Made by a program: the position numbers and the translations under genes | In this document: positions 1-9,545 of the stretch, piece by piece | Numbering within the stretch: the stretch's first letter is position 1 | How the letters are laid out: each line of letters opens with the position of its first letter | NCBI GenBank assembly: GCA_963696385.1 | Contig: CAVOKF010000003.1 | Location: 320,001-384,000 of the forward strand | Direction: 5' to 3' | Length of the DNA: 64,000 nt | From: an uncultured delta proteobacterium | Lineage (GTDB): Bacteria; Myxococcota_A; Polyangia; Polyangiales; Polyangiaceae | Notes under the pieces: model-generated | Told to the model about the DNA's origin: nothing | The model's input: only the letters and a program-made list of their open reading frames with translations | Databases searched by the model: none

Positions 1-85
1 GGACAGCGCCTGAAAGCGCGCCAACGAGCGCGATGCAACAACGTCCGAGCCAGCCCACGACAGAGGTCCATAGACTAGTCGACAT
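1..85 (-). CDS. 5' end of a possible exported/membrane protein running off the window start
   Basis: ATG at 85 (minus) opens MSTSLWTSVVGWLGRCCIALVGALSGAV..., a signal-peptide-like hydrophobic stretch; open to position 1; co-directional with xerC. Confidence 0.3.
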   Translation of the reverse strand, partial: MSTSLWTSVVGWLGRCCIALVGALSGAV

Positions 86-323
86 TCGCGCATCCGGCGC
101 CGCAAGTCGTCGTTTGCCGTTTGGACAACCATCCACGGATGGGCTGCTTCGCACGCGCTCACCGTTTGAGCTGCGGTATGGGCCCGCCGCGCCACGGTCA
201 CCCCTGAGCGGCGTCGGCCGGCGAGAACCGTCCTGGACCCTCACCGTTTGAGCCGAGTCGGCCGCTGGAAGGGGGCGGCCCCCCGGCCGAGCCGCGTCCT
301 CGGTCGAGAGGCATTCGTGGACC

Positions 324-1244
324 TCACCGCTTCAGCCGCGCGAGCGGATGGGCCGCGTCGTACACGCGCAAGAGGTGCTCCATCGACACATGGGTGTAGC
401 GCTGAGTCGTGGAAAGCGACGCATGGCCCAAGAGCTCCTGAATGGCACGGAGATCCGCGCCACCGTCCAGCATGTGTGTCGCACACGTATGGCGCAAAGC
501 GTGCGGATGCAGGTCCGCTCTTCCGGCTCCGCTTGCGCCGAACTCATGCACGATGGCCCAAACGCGACGCCGCTTAAGGCGCCCACCTCTCAAGTTGAGA
601 AATAGAGCGTGAGCGTCCTGGGTCTTGCGCTTGGGGTGAACGACCGTCGGTCTTAGGGTCATCCAGCGCTCAAGGGCGTCAACGCACAGACTGCCGAGTG
701 GCGCGACGCGCGGCTTTCCGCCCTTTCCGTGGATACGTAGACTCGCCGACGCAAGACTGACGTCATCCAGATCCAACATGCAAAGTTCACTCGCCCGCAA
801 CCCGGATCCGTAAAGCACCTCGAGCACCGCTCGGTCGCGAACGCCGCGCGAGGTATCCGGACGCGGGGCCTCGACGACTTCCTTGGCAGCGTCCGTCGAG
901 AGCAGCGTCGGTAGTCCCCGCCTTGTTTTTGGGGTCGAAAGCTCATCGGCCGGACAGGCAGAGATGAAATTGCGCCGCCTCAACCACCGCATCCACGTGC
1001 GAATCGCCGACACTTTGCGTGCGATCGAGCTCGGCGCGTGCTTCTGCGAGAGCAGCCCAAGCCAGGCGCGAAGCAAATACACGTCGATTTCGCGCACATC
1101 GTTCGCGGCCTTGGGCTCACGATCTCGTGAGAACGCCTGCAAGCCGGCGATGTCGCTGCCGTACTCCGCCACCGTGCGCGGAGAGGCATTCCGCTCCGCC
1201 CTCAGATAGCCCAAGAACGCAAGGCGTGCTTCATCGAGAGTCAC
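324..1244 (-). CDS. xerC: Tyrosine recombinase XerC
   Basis: ERNASPRTVAEY N-terminus; catalytic motifs YGSGLRASE, GKGGK, HPHALRHTCATHMLDGGADLRAIQELLGHASLSTTQRYTH. Confidence 0.9.
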   Translation of the reverse strand: MTLDEARLAFLGYLRAERNASPRTVAEYGSDIAGLQAFSRDREPKAANDVREIDVYLLRAWLGLLSQKHAPSSIARKVSAIRTWMRWLRRRNFISACPADELSTPKTRRGLPTLLSTDAAKEVVEAPRPDTSRGVRDRAVLEVLYGSGLRASELCMLDLDDVSLASASLRIHGKGGKPRVAPLGSLCVDALERWMTLRPTVVHPKRKTQDAHALFLNLRGGRLKRRRVWAIVHEFGASGAGRADLHPHALRHTCATHMLDGGADLRAIQELLGHASLSTTQRYTHVSMEHLLRVYDAAHPLARLKR

Positions 1245-1324
1245 GTCTCAACTTGTCACGTCCCCTTCATATCGGCCAAGTTGCCGTTGCGGTGGCGCGG
1301 CCTGCGGTAGTCTGACAGCGCCCC

Positions 1325-1837
1325 GTGCAGTACCCGTTCCTGCGTCTGCACCGGAGGGCCCTCGAGTTATGGGCACGCGCGAGGAGCGAACACTCAACCC
1401 CTCGAGAGATCGGTTGGTCCGTGGCCGTCGGAGCCTTCGTCGCATGCACCCCACTGATCGGGCTTCATGTCTGGCTCGCACTCGCGCTTGCGACGCTGCT
1501 GCGCCTCAATCGGCTTTGGACGTGCATCGGGTCGCGGTTGTCCTCTACGCCCGTGCTTGTCGTGACGACGTTCTGCGAGATTGAGGCAGCGCATCGCCTT
1601 CGAACAGGCCGATGGGCGGCCATGGAGTGGCGAGAAGCGCTGCAGCACGGTCGCGAGTTGATCCTCGACTGGGTCGTTGGCACGGTGATCGTCGGAGGGT
1701 TGATCGCGACCTGCGTCGGGTTGTTGGCCTACGGCATTGCGCGCCGCCTGCAGGCCCCTACGCTGCGCACGCCCGAACGACTTCCTGCACCGTCTTCGGA
1801 ATCCCCAACGTCAGAACCTCCGAACCCGATGCCGTGA
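1325..1837 (+). CDS. DUF2062-family membrane protein
   Basis: TPREIGWSVAVGAFVACTPLIGLH motif plus hydrophobic helices; 3' end overlaps the convergent pepP. Confidence 0.7.
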   Translation: MQYPFLRLHRRALELWARARSEHSTPREIGWSVAVGAFVACTPLIGLHVWLALALATLLRLNRLWTCIGSRLSSTPVLVVTTFCEIEAAHRLRTGRWAAMEWREALQHGRELILDWVVGTVIVGGLIATCVGLLAYGIARRLQAPTLRTPERLPAPSSESPTSEPPNPMP

Positions 1838-3089
1838 CGAGAACATCGTCTTCGATGCGAATGCCGATCCCGCGCCATTCCGGAGAGACGGTGGGCTCGT
1901 CGGGCGCAACGTAGATTCCAGGCTCGACCGTGAGCACCAACCCGGGAGTGAGCGATCGCGGCTCGCCTGCGATGAAGTAGGCACCGACATCGTGCACGTC
2001 CATGCCGAGCCAATGACTAGTTCGATGCATAAAAAATCGCTTGTATGTACCTGCTTTTATGACGTTTTCCAAATCACCTGACAAGAGACCAAGGCGAATT
2101 AGCCCGCGCGTGATGGTCTCGACGCTCACAGCATGCACGCCATCCAGCGTCGCTCCCGGGCGAACGGCATCAATCCCCGCGAGCTGCGCCTCCAGAACGA
2201 CCTCGTAGAGGGCCTGTTGCTGTGGCGAAAATGCCCCCGACACCGGAAAGGTCCGGGTGACGTCACTCGCGTAGTATCCGTACTCGCATCCGGCGTCGAT
2301 GAGGAGCAGATCTCCTTCCTCCATGCGACGGTCATTCTTTCGATAATGAAGGACGCACGCATTGGGACCCGATCCGACGATACTTCCGTATGCAGGTCGT
2401 TCGGAGCCGTGCCGACGAAACGTGTCGAGAAGCAAGGCGTCAATCTCGTATTCGCGCATTCCGGGACGGGCACATCGCATAGCGAGTTCGTGCGCTTCGC
2501 GTGTAATGCCCGCGGCGTGACGCATCATTTCGATCTCGAACGTCGTCTTGGAGAGACGCATCTCGTGGACGAGGACCCCCGGATCGGCGATTTCGGACGG
2601 CGCCGTCACGCCCGTTCGCTGGCGGCCTCGCACGCGGTCGACCGCAGCCAGCATGCGATCGTCGAAGGTCCGATCGACTCCTAGCCGATAGTACACGCGC
2701 TGCCGGTTTTCGAGCATGGCTGGAAGTTTCTCGTCGAACTCTCCGATTGCGAACGCGTCGTCGATCCCTGGAATTTGCTTTGCTCCGTCGACCCCAGCGC
2801 GTGGACCATCCCACACCTCGCGGTCGCGATCGCGCGGTCTCACGAACAAGGTCGTCCTGCGCTCACGGGCGTCCATCACCGCAACGCTCTGCGGCTCGTC
2901 GAAGCCCGTTAGATAAAAGAAGTCGGAGTCTTGCCGATACTCGTGCTCGACATCGTTGTTTCGAACGAAGACCGGCGCCGCGGGCAAAACCGCCACTGCC
3001 GACGGTGAAGCCGCGGCGATGGCGTCGAAAAGGGCGAGTCGACGGAGGGAGAACGGATCCCGCTCGGTGGATGGGTCGTAGGTACTCAT
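1758..3089 (-). CDS. pepP: Xaa-Pro aminopeptidase (aminopeptidase P, M24B)
   Basis: YRQDSDFFYLTGFDEP, LLIDAGCEYGYYASDVTRTFP, HRTSHWLGMDVHD, TVEPGIY, GIRIEDDV; start placed at MSTYDPS (3089), not the ORF-track start. Confidence 0.92.
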   Translation of the reverse strand: MSTYDPSTERDPFSLRRLALFDAIAAASPSAVAVLPAAPVFVRNNDVEHEYRQDSDFFYLTGFDEPQSVAVMDARERRTTLFVRPRDRDREVWDGPRAGVDGAKQIPGIDDAFAIGEFDEKLPAMLENRQRVYYRLGVDRTFDDRMLAAVDRVRGRQRTGVTAPSEIADPGVLVHEMRLSKTTFEIEMMRHAAGITREAHELAMRCARPGMREYEIDALLLDTFRRHGSERPAYGSIVGSGPNACVLHYRKNDRRMEEGDLLLIDAGCEYGYYASDVTRTFPVSGAFSPQQQALYEVVLEAQLAGIDAVRPGATLDGVHAVSVETITRGLIRLGLLSGDLENVIKAGTYKRFFMHRTSHWLGMDVHDVGAYFIAGEPRSLTPGLVLTVEPGIYVAPDEPTVSPEWRGIGIRIEDDVLVTASGSEVLTLGIPKTVQEVVRACAA

Positions 3090-3199
3090 CGGCAGATCGT
3101 TTCCACGAACTTGGCGGCAAACGCCGCGTCCTGCAAGCGGGGCGCGATTTGGAGCACACGAAGTTGGCCCTCGCCGCGTTGCCGGAGAACACTTCGGCG

Positions 3200-3586
3200 A
3201 TGATTTTGGTCGAGGATCGCCGACGCCAGCGCAGCAATGACCCGCTCGTTGCGCTGCACTATCAGCTCGTTCGCGCCCGCCAGGAAGGCCATCTCGACGC
3301 CGTCGTCGTCGCCGATGACGCAGGGATCGTCGTCGCCGGCGCCGGGGCCTGGGCCACCTGCGAAGAGCTCGCCGCCTACGCACCATTGCTCGCGCACGGC
3401 GTGTGGACAGAGCCGGGCGCGCCGGGAACGTCGCGGCTCGCAGAAATGCGCACTGAGGTCGACGTGCAGCCGGTCGACGTCGAAGGTCAAACGGTTCTGC
3501 TCTGCGCGCGCGGGGGCGCTTTGCGATCGACGACTTTGAATCGCACCGCGCTCGGCGTGGCGCGAATTCTTCGCACGGCGGCTTGA
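3200..3586 (+). CDS. Hypothetical protein, roadblock/profilin-like fold suspected
   Basis: MILVEDRRRQRSNDPLVALHYQL...LDAVVVADDAGIVVAGAG...EELAAYAP; protein-like 3' part of ORF 2747..3586. Confidence 0.65.
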   Translation: MILVEDRRRQRSNDPLVALHYQLVRARQEGHLDAVVVADDAGIVVAGAGAWATCEELAAYAPLLAHGVWTEPGAPGTSRLAEMRTEVDVQPVDVEGQTVLLCARGGALRSTTLNRTALGVARILRTAA

Positions 3587-3641
3587 GACCGTTGGAGCCG
3601 CCCGGGGGACGGACAGAAAGGCGCGCTCTACCAGCCCGATT

Positions 3642-3851
3642 CTAGTCGGAAAGGATTTCACGCGCGCGCTCGATATCGGTCGGGCGCACTTGAACGCGAA
3701 CGCCCCCGGTCGCACTCGTCAGATACGGCATGACCCCGGCTGTCTGCGCGTCGATGACGAACGCGGCAATGCCTTCAAGTTCAAGGCGCTCCCTAGCGAG
3801 CTCTGCCTCAGGCACGTCGGCAAACGAGGCGACGGTCACCAGATCGTCCAT
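3642..3851 (-). CDS. DUF2007 (putative signal-transducing) small protein
   Basis: LVTVASFADVPEAELARERLELEGIAAFVID...GGVRVQVRPTDIERAREIL pattern. Confidence 0.75.
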   Translation of the reverse strand: MDDLVTVASFADVPEAELARERLELEGIAAFVIDAQTAGVMPYLTSATGGVRVQVRPTDIERAREILSD

Positions 3852-3947
3852 GAACTGCGATCGTACGCGCGGGGGCATCCGTGGTCGAGCGCTTCGTTCG
3901 GCGCGTTTGACCGCACTCCCCAGTCACGGTAGCTAACCTGAGGGGCC

Positions 3948-4430
3948 ATGAGCGAGAAAGACTTCGGCGATCGCCGACGCCGGCTCGAGAGTGTGATTCC
4001 CGAGCTTATCAAGCGAGCGGTCGAACTGGGAGTCGAAAAAGCGGTCGAGGCCCCCGACAATCTGAAGGAGTTTGTTGGCGGCATGAAGATGCCGCGCGAC
4101 GCGGCCAACTACGTTCTTGCGCAAGTCGACGAGACGAAGCACGGCCTCTTCCGCGTCGTTGCCAAAGAAGTGCGCGAATTTCTGGAGCACACCAACATCG
4201 CCAACGAGATGCAGAAGATGCTGACGACGGTTCAGTTCGAGATCAGCACGACGATTCGCTTCAAGCCGAACGAGGGGCCCGCAGACTCGCTCAAGTTGCC
4301 GAAGCCCGAGGTCCGCGCCGACGTTCAGATGAAGAGAAGCGGGCGCTCGTCCGAACGCTCGGACGACACGGCCCTGCCCGACCCCTCGCACGAGGATCGT
4401 CCCCGCGACCGCCGCCGAAATAGAGAGTGA
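3948..4430 (+). CDS. Hypothetical alpha-helical protein
   Basis: GAGGGG RBS-like motif before ATG, typical GC3 codon usage, GTGA overlap with the next gene. Confidence 0.7.
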   Translation: MSEKDFGDRRRRLESVIPELIKRAVELGVEKAVEAPDNLKEFVGGMKMPRDAANYVLAQVDETKHGLFRVVAKEVREFLEHTNIANEMQKMLTTVQFEISTTIRFKPNEGPADSLKLPKPEVRADVQMKRSGRSSERSDDTALPDPSHEDRPRDRRRNRE

Positions 4431-4897
4431 ATACGGAACCGAACATGCCGAAACCTCTACGCGTCGCGGGTGAGGTCGACAGCTGGTGTACGCGCTGTCG
4501 CCTCGTTTTGAACCATCGCATCGTCTCCATGAAGGACGGCAAGGCGCACCAGGTCGAATGCCTTACCTGCCGCTCTCAGCACTTGTGGCGCGCGCACGCT
4601 CCGGGTGACAAGCCGGCCGCTTCGATCGCGCGCGCGCGATCCTCCGCGAGCCCGACGAGCGTAGCCCGCACGACGCGAGCGCCCGCTGCACGTCACGAAC
4701 ACCAGTGGGAGAAGGCCATTGCGGGTCGCGGCATGACCGACTTCAAAGCCTACAGTGTCACAGAGAAGTTCACGGAGGGAGACCTTCTCCGGCACAAGAA
4801 GTTCGGCGATGGAGTCGTGACGCGGATCATCGATTCGCACAAGGTCGAGGTACTTTTTCGCGACGAGGCGCGCACTCTTGCGCAGGGAATGACCTGA
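4427..4897 (+). CDS. Zinc-ribbon protein with C-terminal PcrA/UvrD-Tudor-like domain
   Basis: CTRC...H...CLTC...H Zn ribbon; C-terminal FTEGDLLRHKKFGDGVVTRIIDSHKVEVLF. Confidence 0.7.
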   Translation: MNTEPNMPKPLRVAGEVDSWCTRCRLVLNHRIVSMKDGKAHQVECLTCRSQHLWRAHAPGDKPAASIARARSSASPTSVARTTRAPAARHEHQWEKAIAGRGMTDFKAYSVTEKFTEGDLLRHKKFGDGVVTRIIDSHKVEVLFRDEARTLAQGMT

Positions 4898-5062
4898 CGC
4901 CTTGCATGGCGTCGAGTCGAGTCGCTCGCCACCCTTGTTGAACAGGCCGCACAGCCGTCGGGCGTTCACGCTCGGTCAGGGGCGATTGAAAGACGCGACC
5001 CCGATCCGTGCGCGCCGAATGTTTGACCCACCCGGCTAGCAGGATATTTTCGGTGCAGCGCG

Positions 5063-8032
5063 ATGCGCAGCTCGCAACTTTGCGCCCTCGGCGCCATGTG
5101 CCTGGCCGCGTGCGCGGGGGCGTTCACGCGCGCCGGACGAGAGACCCCCTACCCGCCGGCGCCGGCCTCGGCAACGACTGCGGCCGTCCTTCGGGGCGCC
5201 CCGACGACGCCCGGCCCCATGGACTCCGGAGCCGACGCGGACCCCGTGCAGTTCGCCCTGGCCACCGATGGAACCATCGGAGCGTGGCTCGTCGCGGGGC
5301 CAGTCGACCCCACGCGAACCGTGGACGAGACACGGCTTTCTCCTCGTCTCGATGCACCGCTCGACGCCGATGCGGACGCGATTCACTGGCGGATCGCCTC
5401 GACTAAGGACGGATCGCTCGATCTAGCCGCCGCGATCGACCCGCATGGAAGCGGAAAGGTCGCTTATGTCGCCGGCGTGCTGCACGTCGGCCGCGGTGGT
5501 CGCTACGTGCTGCTTCTCGGTGTCAGTGACGCCGTGAGGGTACTCGTCGACGGGCGTCGCGTCTTCAGTTACGACCAGCCCCGCGAGCGTCGCAACGACG
5601 AAGACTTGGTCGCGCTGGACCTATCGCCCGGCGACCACTTACTCGCACTGTGTCTGCATCGGGCCGGTCGCCTCTGGGGGGTGCGGGCGCGCTTGCTCGA
5701 CCCCGAGCTGCAGCCGCCGTGTGCAGGCTGCTGGGTGCTTCCAGGAACGGTTGCCTCCGACGCGCGCTCCCTCGTGGCGACGCTCGGCCGACTGTCGCTC
5801 GATCGTGGGATGGAAGCTGGCCAGTATCGCCCGGTCCTGCGTGTTCGCTATCCGGACGGCCTTCCGATGGGCATTCCGATCGTCGCACACGTCCGGTTCG
5901 TCCGGTCAGGAGCCGATAGCGACGCCGAACCGCTTTTCGAAACGACCAGCAACGAACTCGCGCCGACGGCCAGCGCCAGCCTGCAGTCGCTCGTGGAACT
6001 CCCGACGCTCGCCCCGGAGACCGTCGAGGACGGCGATTGGACTGCGCAAGTCAACGTGGCCGGGAGGAAAGTGGAGTTTCCGTTCCGCCTCAGGCGGGCC
6101 GTTCGTGAGGCGGCGGCTCGCGCCGAGCAGGCGATCCAGAGCTCTCGCGGCGCACCCTGGCTCGCCGAGGGGTCGCTCGATACACTCGACTATCTTCGGG
6201 AGCGCTTGGTTCGCTTCGTGTCGAAGGGCGACACCGATGTCGACGCGCAGATCGCCGACGCGCGGGAACTCAACGAGCTCTGCGCCGCACTCGAACAGAA
6301 GCGTGACCCGTACGTCGCCGCCCGGATGACGCAAGACGACGATCCGTTCACGGATGCGCACTGGCGCACAGGGCCCATGCGGCGCGCGTACCGGTCGCCG
6401 GTCGACGGCCAGTGGTCCGAGTTCGCCGTCTATGTGCCACCGGACTTCAGTCCAAAGCGCAGGTACCCGCTCATTGTCGCGCTGCACGGCATGAACGGGC
6501 GCCCCATGGAAATGCTCATGTGGCTTTTCGGTCACGACGAGCCGGACCGCGACGGCTTCTGGGAGGATCGCCACCCGCGACGCGACCTGGAGATGCTCGA
6601 GTCGATCGTCGTTGCCCCGGACGGTCACTCGAACGCGATGTATCGCGACCTCGGAGAGGATGACGTGATGCGCGTCGTCGATTGGGCGCTTGCGACGTAT
6701 CCCATCGACCCGGCCCGGGTCACGATCACGGGGCCGTCGATGGGGGGAATCGGCAGCGCCGCTTGCGCACTCCACCACCCGGACCGCTTCGCCGCCGCCG
6801 AGCCCCTCTGCGGCTATCACAGCTACTTTGTCCGCGCCGACATCGGCGGACGGACGCTGCATCCGTGGGAGCGCTTCCTTGCCGAACAGCGATCGAACGT
6901 ATTCTGGGCGGAAAATGGCCAATATATTCCACTATACGTCGTACACGGAAAAAGGGACCTCCCCGAGGAAAATAGCGGCGTACTCATCGATCGGTACGAA
7001 GAGCTCAAGTACGATGTTGAGCACGAGCATCCTGACCTCGGCCACAACGTTTGGCAGACGACGTACGAGGACCTCAAGGGGGCGCGCTGGCTGCTGACGC
7101 ATCATCGTCCGATGCACCCGCGGTCCGTTCGGTTCAAAACCCCGAGCACACGTTGGGGCGACGATGCGTGGGTCCACGTCCGCGAGCTGACGTCCAGTGA
7201 CGCGTGGGGAGAAATCGTCGCGCACATCGACGAACACAACGTGCTTTCCGTTGCGACTCATGGCCTGAGCGCCGTGGGCTTCGACCGGGACCCCGTGCGA
7301 ATCGACGATGCAGCGCCCGTGACGTTGAACATCGATGGCGACCGGCTGACGTTCCAGGCGGGCGAGCCGCTCGAGCTGTTCCGAGAACCGGAGCGCGATG
7401 CGAGTCGTGCCGTGTGGAAGGCGGGAGTAGCCACGCACCGAGGACCCTACAAACACGGGCACGTGACCGGACCCATCCACGACGTGTTCCATGAGCCCAT
7501 CTTGTTCGTCTGGGGGGCCAGCGATCCCGAGCAGGCACGCGCAAACGAAGAGGTCGCTCGAGCTTGGGCCAAAGTGCGCTGGGGCGTGCGTGTCGATTAC
7601 CCGGTCGTCAGCGATGCCGAATTTCTTGCTGGCGGTGAATCGATCGCGAACGAGCGTGCCCTATTTCTGGTCGGCAACGCGAAGTCGAACGCGATTGTCC
7701 GCGAGATCGAGCCATCGTTGCCGATTCGAATCGAGAGCGACGAAATCGTCATCGGCTCCACTCGGGTCGCCGCGCGCGACGGAGCACCGGATCGCTCGCA
7801 ATTGGGCACCGCTTTCATTTGGCCGAATCCCCGACGAGCCGATCGCTATGTCGTCGTCGTCGAAGGGCTCGGCCCGCTCGGCACATGGCAATCGCTGTCC
7901 CTGCCGGAGATGCTTCCGGACTTCGTCGTTTACGACGGCGGCGTGACCCCCGCGCGCGGCTCAATCGTGCTGGGGACCGGGACCCTACGAGCCGGCGGCT
8001 TCTTCGGACACGACTGGTCGTCGCCACGCTGA
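5063..8032 (+). CDS. Large lipoprotein alpha/beta-hydrolase (esterase/S9-peptidase-like)
   Basis: Lipobox LAAC; YPLIVALHG, nucleophile elbow GPSMGG, HGKRD, GHNVW; PA14-like N-terminal beta region. Confidence 0.75.
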   Translation: MRSSQLCALGAMCLAACAGAFTRAGRETPYPPAPASATTAAVLRGAPTTPGPMDSGADADPVQFALATDGTIGAWLVAGPVDPTRTVDETRLSPRLDAPLDADADAIHWRIASTKDGSLDLAAAIDPHGSGKVAYVAGVLHVGRGGRYVLLLGVSDAVRVLVDGRRVFSYDQPRERRNDEDLVALDLSPGDHLLALCLHRAGRLWGVRARLLDPELQPPCAGCWVLPGTVASDARSLVATLGRLSLDRGMEAGQYRPVLRVRYPDGLPMGIPIVAHVRFVRSGADSDAEPLFETTSNELAPTASASLQSLVELPTLAPETVEDGDWTAQVNVAGRKVEFPFRLRRAVREAAARAEQAIQSSRGAPWLAEGSLDTLDYLRERLVRFVSKGDTDVDAQIADARELNELCAALEQKRDPYVAARMTQDDDPFTDAHWRTGPMRRAYRSPVDGQWSEFAVYVPPDFSPKRRYPLIVALHGMNGRPMEMLMWLFGHDEPDRDGFWEDRHPRRDLEMLESIVVAPDGHSNAMYRDLGEDDVMRVVDWALATYPIDPARVTITGPSMGGIGSAACALHHPDRFAAAEPLCGYHSYFVRADIGGRTLHPWERFLAEQRSNVFWAENGQYIPLYVVHGKRDLPEENSGVLIDRYEELKYDVEHEHPDLGHNVWQTTYEDLKGARWLLTHHRPMHPRSVRFKTPSTRWGDDAWVHVRELTSSDAWGEIVAHIDEHNVLSVATHGLSAVGFDRDPVRIDDAAPVTLNIDGDRLTFQAGEPLELFREPERDASRAVWKAGVATHRGPYKHGHVTGPIHDVFHEPILFVWGASDPEQARANEEVARAWAKVRWGVRVDYPVVSDAEFLAGGESIANERALFLVGNAKSNAIVREIEPSLPIRIESDEIVIGSTRVAARDGAPDRSQLGTAFIWPNPRRADRYVVVVEGLGPLGTWQSLSLPEMLPDFVVYDGGVTPARGSIVLGTGTLRAGGFFGHDWSSPR

Positions 8033-8052
8033 GCGCTTGCCCAAGAAGCCTT

Positions 8053-9150
8053 TCAATGACGGCGGCGCCCCCGCAGGCGGGCATGGCGCTCCGGGGAGCC
8101 CGTGCCTGCCACCGTTCGGGACGCCCGAGCCCCCGCGCCCCGCCCAGCGACCTCGGTCCTCGGTGTGCCGCCGCCCTGATCGGGTCTCCCGCCCGGCCCA
8201 GGGCGTGCTGCGGAACCTGGGGGATGGACCCTCCGAGCCCCGCGCCGCACTCGAGTGCGGGGGTTGGGCGGCTGAGCCTCGCCGGTTCGGTCGCGGCTTT
8301 CGGCACCCGGCCGGAGGGGGGCTCGCGAGCGCCCGGCCGGATCGCGAGGGCGCCTTGAGACGTCGCGAGGAGGCTCGCGAACCTTCGTGTCCTGAGCCGC
8401 CTTCGCATTTTGCGAAATGATGCGTTTCGGAACTCCATACTGCTTCTTCAGCTCGCTCAGCTCATCGGCCGTAAGGTACCGCCACCGCCCCGGCGCCAAC
8501 CCCTCGGATTCAATCCCCGCGAACGACGTACGCGCGAGCCGCATGACCCGGAAGCCGGTCGCATCTCCCATCCGACGTATCTGCAAGTTTCGCCCTTCCG
8601 TGATGGTGAGCTCAAGCCAGGTTTTGTCCGCCTCGTGCCGCAGGAGCTTCACTTTAGCGGGCAGCGTCTTGCCATCCTCGAGCTCGACGCCTCCGCGCCA
8701 TCGATCGACGTCCTTGGGCTCCATGACTCCCTGGAGCTTGACGATGTACGTCTTCGGCGCGGCCCGACGCGGGTGCAGTAGCGTCTCGGCGAACTGCCCG
8801 TCATTGGTCGCAAGAAGAACGCCGCTCGTGTTGAAGTCGAGACGCCCAACCGGGTATAGGCGGCCCGGCAAGCCGGCGAGAAGATCCCGCACGCTCGGCC
8901 GACCTTCGGGATCGCGCATGGTCGCTACGACGCCCCGAGGTTTATGCAAAACCACGTAAACCGGCGGCTCCCTGACGATTCGCTGCCCGTCCACCTCGAC
9001 CCGGCTGTCGCGTGGGTGCACTTTCGTCCCGAGCTCGGTCACGACGCGACCGTCGACCCGCACGCGTCCGGCAGAAATGAGCTGCTCGGCGGCGCGACGG
9101 GACGCCACGCCGGCGTGAGCCAGCACCTTCTGCAACCGGACCGTGGCCAT
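8053..9150 (-). CDS. rluB: 23S rRNA pseudouridine synthase (RluB/RsuA family)
   Basis: S4 domain VRLQKVLAHAGVASRRAAEQLI; catalytic PVGRLDFNTSGVLL; EGRNLQIRRM; start at ATG 9150. Confidence 0.85.
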   Translation of the reverse strand: MATVRLQKVLAHAGVASRRAAEQLISAGRVRVDGRVVTELGTKVHPRDSRVEVDGQRIVREPPVYVVLHKPRGVVATMRDPEGRPSVRDLLAGLPGRLYPVGRLDFNTSGVLLATNDGQFAETLLHPRRAAPKTYIVKLQGVMEPKDVDRWRGGVELEDGKTLPAKVKLLRHEADKTWLELTITEGRNLQIRRMGDATGFRVMRLARTSFAGIESEGLAPGRWRYLTADELSELKKQYGVPKRIISQNAKAAQDTKVREPPRDVSRRPRDPAGRSRAPLRPGAESRDRTGEAQPPNPRTRVRRGARRVHPPGSAARPGPGGRPDQGGGTPRTEVAGRGAGARASRTVAGTGSPERHARLRGRRRH

Positions 9151-9161
9151 ACCGCGCCCGA

Positions 9162-9168
9162 TAGCGTA
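9162..9168. promoter_or_regulatory. Candidate bidirectional -10 element TAGCGTA (TAGCGT on +, TACGCT on -)
   Basis: Centred in the 30-bp gap between the divergent rluB and cupin start codons. Confidence 0.45.
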
Positions 9169-9180
9169 CACCGTCTCGGG

Positions 9181-9534
9181 ATGCGACGCGTGAACAAGCC
9201 CTGGGGCCACGAGATCGTTTGGGCGCAAACCGACCGGTACGTCGGAAAGATTCTTCACATTATCGCCGGCCACAAACTCTCCCGTCAATATCACCGGAAA
9301 AAGGACGAGACGTTTCTGGTCGAGTCGGGAGAGATGGATCTGGAGGTCGGCGATGGCCAGGACCGGCGCGTGATTCGAATGGGCATTCGCGACACGTTCC
9401 ACTGCCCTCCGGGAACGATCCACCGCATGGTCGCCGTGACCGACGTCGACGTTATCGAAGTCTCGACGCCGGAGCTCGACGACGTCGTTCGCCTGGAAGA
9501 CGCTTACGGCCGACAAGGCACCACCGACCCCTAG
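9181..9534 (+). CDS. Cupin-domain protein (mannose-6-phosphate isomerase type II C-terminal-like)
   Basis: VNKPWGHE, LSRQYHRKKDETF, PPGTIHRM, EVSTPELDDVVRLEDAYGR. Confidence 0.82.
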   Translation: MRRVNKPWGHEIVWAQTDRYVGKILHIIAGHKLSRQYHRKKDETFLVESGEMDLEVGDGQDRRVIRMGIRDTFHCPPGTIHRMVAVTDVDVIEVSTPELDDVVRLEDAYGRQGTTDP

Positions 9535-9545
9535 AATCGCGTGCG

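Noticed and set aside
324..1244. Integrase of a prophage or genomic island
   Set aside because: Motifs and length fit chromosomal XerC; neighbours are housekeeping genes; I saw no att repeats, tRNA or dif site
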